64,000 bases of DNA, taken from Phoronis australis. Taxonomy: Eukaryota > Animalia > Phoronida. The notes under the pieces are model-generated. The model did not search any database. It had not been told where the DNA came from and saw only the letters and a program-made list of their open reading frames with translations. The position numbers were made by a program, and so were the translations under genes. The stretch's first letter is position 1; each line of letters begins with the position of its first letter. The stretch is taken from the NCBI GenBank assembly GCA_002633005.1, contig NMRA01000039.1, forward strand, positions 1,158,335 through 1,222,334, read 5' to 3'. Of the stretch, positions 51,183-62,536 are shown piece by piece.

Positions 51183-54100
51183 TATTTGAGGCTGGAGCGT
51201 CGGTGTCGCCGTGCGTAACTATCTGCACACTTGAGAGTTTTATGTTTTGGCTCACGTCCCCGCATGACCACCTCATCGGGGAAGCCACATGGCTGTGTGC
51301 TGATGAACTTTGACCTCAAGGATCCACCATTGCTGTCATTGGAGTGTTTGTGTTTTGATCGTCACGCCTAACAATTACATGGTTGTCTTCCACGTCGTTG
51401 TCCATTGTCACCGTGTGCTTCGCCAGTGGTGACGTGAGGCGGGGGCGGATTGCTAGGTTTTGCTAACGTATTCCGCAAGTGGACAGCTTAAATTTGGAAC
51501 CAGGTGGATCTGCCCCGATTCAACACTGGTCACACATTTATCCTAACGTGACTTCTGGCAGATGGTAACAGCAGGATCGTTAACACGCATCGACTGTTGG
51601 TCTTGAGCGCCCTCTGTTGAGCTGTTCACTTTTCTACGTTCTTGCATGCCTCTCATCACCTACATTGAGTTGATTCTAGATGGTGTTGCTGTCATGGTTT
51701 TTTAATTCTGCGCATGATTGTCAACTTTTCCTCAGTAAGTTTTTTTGCGTAGCGCTGTATTAGGTGGGTTGAGTGGTCGGTGGTTTAACAAAACTTTACT
51801 TTATATGAATCTCTTGTTTGCGTACTCGAGAACAACCAGCCAGTTATCAAGGTGTATGAACTAAACTCGCCCGTTATTTGTCAGTCGCAAAGTTAGTGTG
51901 TAACTTGATCCAGCGTATTAGAAAGATCAGTTTTTTTGTTTTGAATAGGTAATGAAAACATTTATGCAAAAAAGTTTTTCTTGATTATTTGTTTTGTCCA
52001 GTACTTTCAATACTGTGGTAGACTTTCTTATTGTTGGCAAGTTGATCTTGCCTACTTAGACGAGCAGAAACATCCTGTCTGGCTCTTGGGATCTATTTAT
52101 TTGATATTCTGGCTTGATGCCAGTAAGTGTATGTTTACTTACTCTCCTGTTATGTTTTAACGCTGTTATGTACGCGTTTATTTATTACTTTGGTTTGGTT
52201 GAAGTCTTTCCTATGCGGTTGTGTGTTTTTCCATTCACTTCAGATCTTTAGTTCAGCCTCACTCTCACGTTTTACCACTGTAACTTCCACTCGTGCCAAG
52301 ACCGGCGTCGAACGTTCAACGCCTCTTCTGTCACCAGCAGTCACCATGTGTGCAATCAATGCTGTGGAGCTCAGTGTCTCTCGTCGATGTCGATGCCTCT
52401 CGCCAGCCCATGGCCGGAGAGAATAGTCCAGTATTTGCGCGGGTGCTATATAAAATCGGTGTCCCTTAACTATGTTGAGTGTGTGATAGCCTTTTTATTG
52501 TAATTATTAGCTAGTAGCAGGCAACCTTCGCATAACAGCCCATTTGTGGCTGGATTATCGTATCAGAATCTTCATGTATATATGACGTCAACATAATCGT
52601 ATTCCATATCTGGATTTGTCTAATGACTGTCCTCCAGGTCGCGAATTTTGATCTGGTTGGTGATAATGTTGTGGGCAGTCATTAACTTTTTATCAACTGA
52701 CGAACTTGCTGTGTGCATGCGGTTTCATTGTTTGTGTATCGTCGTCGCTATGGTGACAACTGTGGTATCTGAAAGTGGAGTGTTGTTGATATGGGAGTTG
52801 CTTAGTTATATTTTGCTCAGAGGCGACCCAGTGCCACATCAAGCTGCTACTTTCTTCAGACTTGACCTTTTGTACGACTTGTGACCCTTGTGTGGCCCTT
52901 GTCAACCTTGAGCAGTGTCCTGATCTAAGTGAGGTGTGCGCTGCGTAAAATGGCCACCTCCTGCCCTTGACTGAATTTCATAGAAGATAACCGCAGAAGG
53001 AATCAAGACCAAAGAAGTTGAAAGTGGGAGTGAGGCTGGAAATTCACGATCTTTGTCATGTACTTGTAAGCCACATTGTCAGATAAGTGCATGCTCTCAT
53101 ACCACTGTTTTGAATTCTCTTCTTGGTATGTACTTTCTCCATTGGTCTTTGTTGAGGTTTTTACTGTTCGTCTTGCCATTTCTGGTAGCCGTTTCTGCCG
53201 AGTGGTAAAATGAAATGTTATTGTCCGTCTGTAAGTAGTATGTTGTGGGCGAAAAACAGTTTCTTGACATGAGTCGAAATTCTGTGACGTTAAAGTCCCT
53301 CATACTGACCTTGGTTTCAGCCATATTTATAGCACAAAAATGTATTGATCATCGTTGCATTGCAGACATAGTTTCGTTGTCAAACTTTTGGTTGGTAAGA
53401 ATGCGACTAAATGTATTACCATAAAAAAAGCGAGTGACATTAGCTATTGTCTAGTTGTGCAATGTTGTTCAGTATGTTTTCTGCACTTGGTCCTACAAAA
53501 CTCAAGAGGGCTAATCATTGTACCTGCTCTGAAGTAGGCCAACCTTCGTTCAATCCAAAATACCACTGAGGCCATTTTGCAGGGAAAAAAACGAAATGAG
53601 GCCTTTTGAATGTTGCAAATTTACATCCAATTTCACTGTCAATTTTTGGCCAAAGTTGTGCTGAGCACAAGCATTTTTTTTTTCAACCATATATGGAACT
53701 GTAACTATGGTTACCTCTAAACCTGTCGATTTTTGATGGGACCTGTTACAGGTATGGCAACCAGTGGCGGCCTTCATGCCCTGTTTCACAGGATATTTCT
53801 GCAAAGTGGTTTCTGTTCAGATCGTGCACTGCAGTCAAACCTCGGGCATTTGGTTGAATGAACTCTTTTATATACCCATCTGGGTAGCTCTTGGTGTGAT
53901 GTTGACTACCGCATAACGCGTGTTGTTCTCCTTCTGGTTGAAGTGGTGGTCGCCTGATGTAATTATTGTATAATACGTTCTTGTGTGAAGATCATAGGAA
54001 AATATGCCGGTCATATGCACTTAGATGGTAGATCATGGTAGGACATGTATTACTGTACACACCCTCTTGTGTGACAGTCACGTTCTTGCAAATGTTATTG

Positions 54101-55005
54101 TTTCTTCAAACGTCAGTGTAGCAGGAGAGAGGGAGAGAGATTGCCCGCAGTGCTCAGTGTTTCACATGCATGTAATCGAATGCGGTCATCCGGACATGTT
54201 ATTCAGTTAATGCTTGGATGCCTCGTTCTAAGACGTGCGCGTCGAACACTGAGTTCTGGGGGACACTGGGTCCTTCTACGCCGGGGCGTGCAAACCACGG
54301 CGGCTGATCGTGACTAGAGCTCATCCTCGTTTCACTGTCATTGTCAGAAAATCGATGCAGATGTACAAACCATTATGTGAACATTGATCTTAACCCAGTG
54401 TTTCCATTGAACACATCCCGTGTTACTAGAATTTTTATAGGTTTGTTCAATGTGTGCCGTTTGTATGTAGCTACGACTTGCAATTGTGTATTTATTTACA
54501 AGTGATGGCTGCCCCCATAGGGGTGTTATCTATATTGTCTCTGCAGAGGTATTGTCTATACTGCTCCTACAGGGGTTTTATCTTTACTTTTGCACCTTGT
54601 TTGATTTAATTTTACAGTTTCTACCTTACATTTATGTATGGATGTGTGCGCGCCCTTGTCATTATTGTATGCAAATTAAGGGCTTTTGATTTTGAACGTT
54701 TATTGAATATTAAAGGATTGTTTCTCAGTGACATGTCTCTCCAAATATTATTGCCGCAGTGAAGTCTTAGGAGATTGGAGCTATGAATTCTTTGTTTTAA
54801 TTAAGATTTTGTGAATCTCATTTTGTTTTTTACTCTGAATATTCGAACGGGCAATGTTTGGGGATGGCGAGTATTCACAAGATTGCCTGTTGGATTCTTT
54901 GGACTATTCAAACGAGATAACTGTGTTTTCTTATTTATAGACCATGAGTAGTTACTGAATGAGAGGCCGAAAGATGATAAGGTGGGTGGTTCAATGCCAA
55001 ATAAA
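51183..55005 (+). other. Probable long 3'UTR of Cav-beta with candidate polyadenylation signals ATTAAA (54709-54714) and AATAAA (55000-55005)
   Basis: T/GT-rich, lacks the MITE copies seen in introns, no credible ORF; these are the first canonical-type hexamers I found after the stop. Confidence 0.5.
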
Positions 55006-55289
55006 AGTTATTTGGGTCTCCAAAAGGTATAAATAGTCTGGGTACCCTAAGGATTTGAGCTGTCACAATTTTTCAACTCTCTTGGACGTCATGCTTATCA
55101 CCCTCCTCAACAAAACTTTCCTGGTCACTAGTCTTCTTCGAGGGACACCTGTGGCTACAAGTGCGTGCCAAAATTTTGTGGGGGTCTCTGAACCTATAGC
55201 TTATTTGATGGATAATTCAACACTTGTGAGACTAGTAGAAGAACGTCATGTTTGAAAAATGCATGTGTTGCGGAGGTCACGTGGGACTC

Positions 55290-55448
55290 CTGTGGCAGAT
55301 TTAGAGAGGGGGCATGCCCCCCCCAAAAAAAAAATTCTCCCAGATTTCATTTGTCAGTTCGGGGGGGTGCGAATGTCTGACGGGTAAAAATCTTGGCTAA
55401 TACTCTGCCCTAGTCCCCCCTAACTCAACACCCTGGATCCGCCTCTGG
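55290..55448. mobile_element. Short MITE-like element with GGCGGATCCAG-type inverted termini; partial second copy at ~56684-56808
   Basis: ctgtggcagatttag ... ctggatccgcctctg termini; interior cccagatt.cattt..cagttcgggg..tgcgaatgtctgacggg..ggctaatactctgccct shared with 56684-56808. Confidence 0.65.
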
Positions 55449-58265
55449 ACCCTTATCCCACGAGTGTTCTCGTGTTATGTCTACAGGCCTTGGTCTATTC
55501 AGATAAACAGCTGGGCAAGTAGCTCCACCTAGTTGACATCGAGTCTCCCATCTGCTGCTGCCGTTTCTACTTCTAACCCCCACTATAGTCTAGGTATTCA
55601 CGGAATCGGCGTGTTTCTCACTACATGTGTCTGTGAACTTGGAAACGACGCTAACGTGCTTGCAATAAATAGTTCCAGTTTCACGCGACTGGCATCCAGT
55701 TGCCGAAAAGTGTCAATTTAGTGAGGGAAGTCGCGTCTGTCAGCACATGCAGGCAGTTGTGCATGTTGAAGGGTAAATTAGCCTGAAGTGTTCGGTCAGC
55801 TACTCGGTTGGACTAAATCTAGTGCAATGTCACTTGGCAAAATAGTGGCAATCTGATGTTGGGTATTTTCTGACCCGGCGCCCTCTATTGAGAACTGTGA
55901 CTTTGTCGGTGCTAGAATGACGCACGTTTTTGATTGGCAGGTGGATATTTCTTTCGGACAACTCGTGCAATCCCCCTGGTGGTCTCGCGTGGAATAAACT
56001 AGTCGGATGCGTGGCATTGAAGGAACTCTTGTCATTTGGTTTCTGGATTCAGTATCGCTCAAGTGAGGCTGTTGGACGTTCTACCTTATAGTGCAGCAGA
56101 CAATACTCTGAGTCTCGTTCGATACGTTTTGGTGGTTAGCGAGTTTTAGCAAATTACGCGCGCACTACGTGTAGATTGTATTTTTCCGGATGTTATTGTT
56201 GTGAACTGCGTCATGAAAAGACGTCGGTTGCTATGAAATTAAAGTATTCCCCTCCCCGAGGGCCTCTTACGTTCTCTAGTTAACTGTTCGAAATCTCCGC
56301 GGTCTCCCAACTTAACCCCCTTGCAGCTACACGTGCACGATCGCGGTTTTTGCTAAAACTCCCGATTACCGTTTCAGGTCTGTAGTTTGACGCGCCCTCC
56401 TTTGGTAGTAACAAATTAAAGTAGGTGTATTGAGCGCGCTGAACGTACTCCTTCAAAGCGATGTTATATTCGTGTCGTTTCTTTATTTGGTAAAGGAAAT
56501 TTATTCACGCTAGTTATAGTGGTTGCATTATTAAACTAACATTTCCTGTTGCCTTTATTGTACTGAATTTCAAGTGTATTAACTTCGTTTTTGTTGGATT
56601 TGTAAATAAAGTTTTTAATCTCATGCATTGAACCGGTGTTCTGTTAAGAGTCGCGTCTTCTTAGGCCGGTTTAGTAAAATTATCCCAGATTCCATTTGGC
56701 AGTTCGGGGTTGCGAATGTCTGACGGGCAAATTCCTGGCTAATACTCTGCCCTGTCCCCCCCCCCCCCCNCCCCCCCCCCCCCAACTCAAAATCCTAGAT
56801 CCACCCCTACTTTTCAAACCAAGTATTTTTAGATGCGATATCGAAACTGAACAGGACGTTAGCCGAGCCGGTGGTCGAATAACTGCGATTTTTGCTCACA
56901 TTTGGGCCCAGGGTCCACGTTGTGTTTCAGCTATTGTATTTCGCCTCGGTTTACTGTTGTCAATGTCGAATTCTTAACCGAATCGCTTTGGCGTTTGAAA
57001 CCGTCGTTGCCGAATTTGCACCAACTCGTCATAGGCAATGAGCGCATGCGTCATTTTAGAATTCGTAATGTATGGTTGGCCAACTGCCCACTCAAGTCTG
57101 AAGCATTTTCTGGAGGCGCTGGTGGCTTCGATGTTGTGCGTAACAGAAATCGAATTTCGTCACTGCACTGAATATTAAGAGACCATTTTTTGAAGCAAAT
57201 GGTCTTAATTCGATTTCCGTTTTTAGCCAACTCACATAATGAACTAGCTACCAAGCTCCGTTTGCATCATGAAAATCAGACGCATGCGTGTACTAGTGCC
57301 GATTAAACAAGTATACATTGTCAGCATCATTAAACCTTCCTTCATGGCTCAGCATATAACAATCACGAATCCAATATACCAAAAACGAAGAAAAGCAACT
57401 TGAATTGAAAGTTTCTTTGTTCGACGGACATGAGTTTCGGAGGGGGGTATGAACGTTTCCTGTCAGTGCCGCTGTGCCATGTCCACCAACACGCGAGTTT
57501 CTTGTACTAACTTGCGCTTCCCCGATATCCCGCGGGAAAGTGAAGAGTCACCGTAGCTGCTCAAACACTGAGTTGTCATAGACACCACAAACGCAACGCC
57601 TCGCCCATGAACCATTGGGCAGCAATACCTGACGACTTCTCACACTAAACAAAACTGAGGATGACTAGTGCTGTGATTGGTTGTCCCGATTTTACGTAGT
57701 ATGATGTTTCGTAACTCGATGCTCGTAACTCGAATTCAGCTAATTAACGCTTCGTCAGATAGTGTTTGCAGGTGTTCTAGAGTTTTAAATAAAGATTGGC
57801 CCTAACATGTGACAATAGTATATGAAATCGAGTAATTGTTTCACAACAGCTTTCTGTCAGCAAACTCTGAATTAGCATGCGCTCACACGGCCTCGGTGCC
57901 CGGTCAATTACCTTTGTTGCCGGCATCAAAAGCCGGTAACGCAGTAGTTTATTCTTTGCTGGCTTCACAAAACATGCACTCACGAGCACTCCAAGACATT
58001 ACAAATTGTATCTGATGCGACAGACTTTGTTTCAGTTTCATACAAGCATTGGTTAGAATCATTTAGGTTGAGAATAATTCATTTTGAAACAGAACGCGGA
58101 ATAATAAACGTCATCCTGGCAACTCGTCCGTCGCCAATCCCGCCAGTTAGTCAAGAGCTCATCCGACGAAGACTTCACGGGTCGGATCGTTAGGTTTCAC
58201 AGGCTATCAGTTCGAGCCGGAATACACTGATCAAGAAATACTAGAGAGGCGCCGTGAACATGCCG

Positions 58266-58531
58266 CTAGGCAACGGAACGTATGAATAGTTCTTTGGTAA
58301 GCCGGAATTCGTCAGAGAAATCACTGTCGAAGAAATGCCGGCCACAGACACGGACATGTTTCACGGCCTCATACTTGCTATTAACAGCATACCTTTCATT
58401 TTCCACTACCGCGAGCCACTTAAGCATTCTCGCGGGCTCTCGAGGAAGTCGAAAAAAACGATATACCCGCTTTCTTCGCAGCTTAATAGTTCGGACAAGC
58501 GGGAACCGATGCACTGCAATATGAGCGGCAT
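58266..58531 (-). pseudogene. Degenerate THAP zinc-finger domain, probably a DNA transposon remnant
   Basis: Reconstructed across two frameshifts and one stop: MP/SYCSASVPACPNY*AAKKAGISFF/RLPREPARMLKWLAVVENERYAVNSKYEAVKHVRVCGRHFFDSDF. This gives the C2CH ligands plus the conserved P, W and F of THAP. Confidence 0.8.
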
Positions 58532-59187
58532 TTATTCTGCAGACGAACCACTGACGTCGCTGCGTCGCTTCTCACCTTCCTCACAGGTTAACGCGACACC
58601 TCTCGGCAAGGTGAGGTCGACCGTTTTTGAGGCAATGTGGATATAGACCGATTAAGACGGTAAAAAAGACTAATTAAATCGGGTGGCATTCTCCTTTAAC
58701 GGATTTTCAGAATATCTGGAATATAGGCATCTATGTGTGAGATGACGCTATCCTCCCGTTTACGAATGGAATGTTTTCGAGTCAATTTGACATCCACTCC
58801 TCGATCAACCAAACCTTTCTAAGGGTGATTTTGAAAATAGGCGTATATATTCTAATTGTAAAGAGGACGGCTGACGATAACGACTTTGACTACTGTGGTG
58901 TCTCCTAGTGGTAGTTTTGTCTTGCTTTGCGCTCATAGCTACATCTGATAAACACATTGGAGGATCTTTATTAAATTTAGTAATTGCATTTATATGAAGC
59001 TAACAACAGACGATGACGTCTTTCATGAGGCGGATTTAATGAACGCTGTGCCCTATAGTGGCAATTTCTTTTTTCCGTTTTCCTTATTTCTCTGAAGCTG
59101 ATTGACAGAGTTTTGTGAAATTTGGTAAATAGCTTTCCATTAAAGAAGCGATGGCATGTTCCCGTTTAAAGATGGATTGGACGTTTT

Positions 59188-59205
59188 TGCGCCATCTAGT
59201 GGCCA
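59188..59205 (-). promoter_or_regulatory. Near-consensus CTCF-binding motif (TGGCCACTAGATGGCGCA)
   Basis: Matches the CCASYAGRKGGCR consensus; binding itself is not shown. Confidence 0.5.
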
Positions 59206-59705
59206 TTTCTATGAATAAATAAACAACCATAGAAGCACACCGTTTGCAGTGCATTCGTGAGCGCATTTCAACGCTCCGCGCTGCTCTGTTTTGGTGTACG
59301 GTGATACGAAATTGGTGATTTTAAGCTCTTTAAGGAGCACCTTTTTGACAACAAATGATTGAAGCTTTTGAATTGTTCCTTAAAAACTGGGACTTCAATC
59401 AAACATTTTATTAAAGAACCAAATACACAAAGTCGCCCAAATTAACATATGTGCACCTACACAGTTGCCACTTGCTTCTCAGCGACGCATAACCTCATGC
59501 GCAACACGAATAAAAATTTCCTCCATTTTCAGTCGGGCCCACATGCGTACACGAACATATACGGCGAAGAACCGTGTAGATTGTGTGGCATACGAGGCTT
59601 GTTATTGGCTAGGTCTTTCCGCACGTTCCTACAGCGTTCCACCGTCCTTCTATTAGATAATTCGTTATTAAGCACGGCGTGCTTATGACGAAAACTTACG
59701 CGTGG

Positions 59706-59938
59706 CATACGCGCACCCAGCAGTAAAAAATGGGGGGGCTTGAATTTTTGGGAATGTGGACCTTTTACTAAGATTCACGGGGTACTTTCACAGCTATAAA
59801 TTGTGCATTCGCTGAATTTTGGTAGTTCCTGCCTTTTTAGTGGACCTTTGTCTCATTTTCTACTTTTTTCGGAGTTTTTGTTTCTTTGAAGCCGACTTTT
59901 TGACCACTTTGCCCCCCCCCCACATGGGTGCGCGCATA
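59706..59938 (+). mobile_element. MITE family C copy (TIR ~CATGCGCGCACCCA)
   Basis: catacgcgcaccca ... tgggtgcgcgcata; interior aatgtggaccttttactaa. Confidence 0.7.
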
Positions 59939-60244
59939 CCATGGTGTGATTATATCAGAATGCGAACTGAGATCGGCTTACTCGTTTAAAACTGCTGTAA
60001 ATTCACATTCTATTAAAAATGATTTCGACCGCTTTCCGTAATGAAATCGGTCTGGAATTGTTCCGTAGTCAAATACAGATGATTTCAGGAATTTGAAAAA
60101 ACGACAGTTGCCTGAGATCAGACGTGTACTATCTGGCTTGTTATAACGTGTCATTGTAGACGGTGAGCATGGTCTCAAGGAATAATGGACTGTCGTATCT
60201 TAACAAACACAGAAATCACTTCTCTATGAGTATGGAACAACTTG

Positions 60245-60485
60245 CATGCGGGCACCCAGGATGGATGAGGGCTCGGGGGCTCAAAGGAGCCCCCCCACCC
60301 ATTTGGCGAAGTGGGCAAAGCGGTCCGCCTCAGACAAACAAAATGTCCGAAAAGTAGAAAACGAGGCAAAAGTCCACTAAAAAGGCAAATGCACAATTCA
60401 TAGCTCTAATGTACTTTGTTTTTTAGTAAAAGGTCCACATTCTCAAACATTCGAGCCATCCATTTTTAGGCTGAGTGCGCGCATG
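60245..60485 (-). mobile_element. MITE family C copy in inverted orientation
   Basis: catgcgggcaccca ... tgagtgcgcgcatg; interior ttagtaaaaggtccacatt is the reverse complement of the interior of 59706-59938. Confidence 0.7.
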
Positions 60486-61643
60486 AGTCGAGACCAATTT
60501 TACAACGGTACGTCATGATTACATCGAAAGATGCCTGGCTTCTTTGATAAAACGCGAGTTTAAAGCGGATTTAAGTATGCCCTTTATATTAATTACATAG
60601 TTTATACCTAACAGGTGTTTTAGTGTGTGTGATCGTGAACCATCTGCTGCTGTTATCACTCAAACTATAACTGGAAGCTCTTGTTGTTATAATAAGCATA
60701 AGAATTGATATAGTGTATCGATTAGAACTCCAATTTCCATGGCGCTCAAAGCAATGGCTCCTCTAATTGGAGTACTGTTCGAGAATTATTCCGTGCATTT
60801 TTATCAGTGATCTTGAATATCCAGGTATGTAACCGTAAAGTTTCTGAAGTGCGCTTCATTTACTTTCTAACGTTTCTTGCTTCCGATGAAAACCATTTTA
60901 CCTGTAGTTTATAGACAATATGATTATCTCATGTGGTCTCACTCGGGCCCCATCAAGAATGCGTTCCAATGAGAAAAGACAAATAATCGGGGCTTCCGTA
61001 TTACCTCTTGTACATTTGAGCTTGGACAATCTAACTCACGCTGGTCAGTTCCCCCCACGCCTAAAGAGAGGTTACTAGCGCAACATGACATCTGTTTCGA
61101 AATCTTTCATACCTGTTGGAATGAACTCTTTCGCGATATCCATCTTAGCGCGTTTCGAGTAACATTGATTTCCCCGCTGTTATTTTCTCTGATTTTTGTT
61201 TTTCTGCTTGTTGAATGTTCATGGTGAGATATTAAAAACGCTGGCACAGTTTTCTAAAATTATTATTTCGTTTTATACAACTATAGTTTCGCATGAATCC
61301 GATCAGCCATTTTGATATGATGTTCAGAAATTTGAACATTTTTCTAGGGCCCTACAAAACCGGTGCTCATGTACTCGTTGATTTGTTTTCACAAATATCA
61401 TTCATTACTTCAAGTAAAATCATTTTGTGTACAATAATCAGTTTGCAAGGCTCTGTTTATTTCTGCCCCTGTTTTATGATGTCACAAGAGGTAAGCGCCG
61501 CCGTTTTAGTTAAAATTTTATGGTTTTGATCACAGTTCAAAGTTGTCGGTGAAACCATAGACCAGCAGGACACCAAAGGAATGTACAATTTCGTATTATA
61601 GTTTTACTGTTTACAATGTTTATAAACAATAGAAACATAAGCA

Positions 61644-62536
61644 TATTTTGTCTAACATCTGAACGCGATAACAAGGGATGATGAAGTTCATTTTGATCAT
61701 TTACTGAATGGAAGGGTTTCAACAATTCTAAACTTTACTCCCATCACGATAAATTTCCGCCATTGTCGCAAAAAACGCGCTCAAGTTGGAATTATTTTCT
61801 ATCGTGATAAACTTGAATGAAATGTTTCGGTTGCTCGTACCTTACGAATGTTCAAAAAACAAGTGGGATGCGTTGCGTAGACCAAAGACAATTGCGAGAA
61901 AATCTCGGCTTGTAAGTTGTAGTGCATAGCCGGATACCTCGCGAAGACATTGGTGATCTAGCGTTTTCGCGATTTTCTTGGATATACGGAAAACAGGCCT
62001 GCCTGGTCTCTGGCCCTGCCGGAGCACACATGTCCGTTCTGTGATCTGCCACACTTATGAGGCAGCCAATAAAAAATAGATGTTCACTANTATTTTGTCT
62101 AACATCCGAACGCGATAACAAGGGATGATGAAGTTCATTTTGATCATTTACTGAATGGAAGGGTTTCAACAATTCTAAACTTTACTCCCATCACGATAAA
62201 TTTCCGCCATTGTCGCAAAAAACGCGCTCAAGTTGGAATTATTTTCTAACGTGATAAACTTGAATGAAATGTCTCGGTTGCTCGTACCTTACGAATGTTC
62301 AAAAAACAAGTGGGATGCGTTGCGTAGACCAAAGACAATTGCGAGAAAATCTCGGCTTGTAAGTTGTAGTGCATAGCCGGATACCTCGCGAAGACATTGG
62401 TTATCTAGCGTTTTCGCGATTTTCTTGGATATACGGAAAACAGGCCTGCCTGGTCTCTGGCCCTGCCGGAGCACACATGTCCGTTCTGTGATCTGCCACA
62501 CTTATGAGGCAGCCAATAAAAAATAGATGTTCACTA
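61644..62536. other. 446-bp direct duplication on either side of N at 62090; probable haplotype-overlap assembly artefact
   Basis: 61644-62089 equals 62091-62536 except for 4 substitutions seen; the junction is at an N. Confidence 0.85.

Noticed and set aside
51180-51218. Stop-codon readthrough of the terminal TAG
   Set aside because: The context is TAG-T rather than a leaky TGA-C type, the extension would be only 11 codons, and it would mask the terminal motif.
50781-51288. Overlapping alternative-frame and antisense ORFs (50781-51122, 50812-51189, 50887-51288)
   Set aside because: Expected by-products of a GC-rich, stop-poor coding exon; no recognisable domains.
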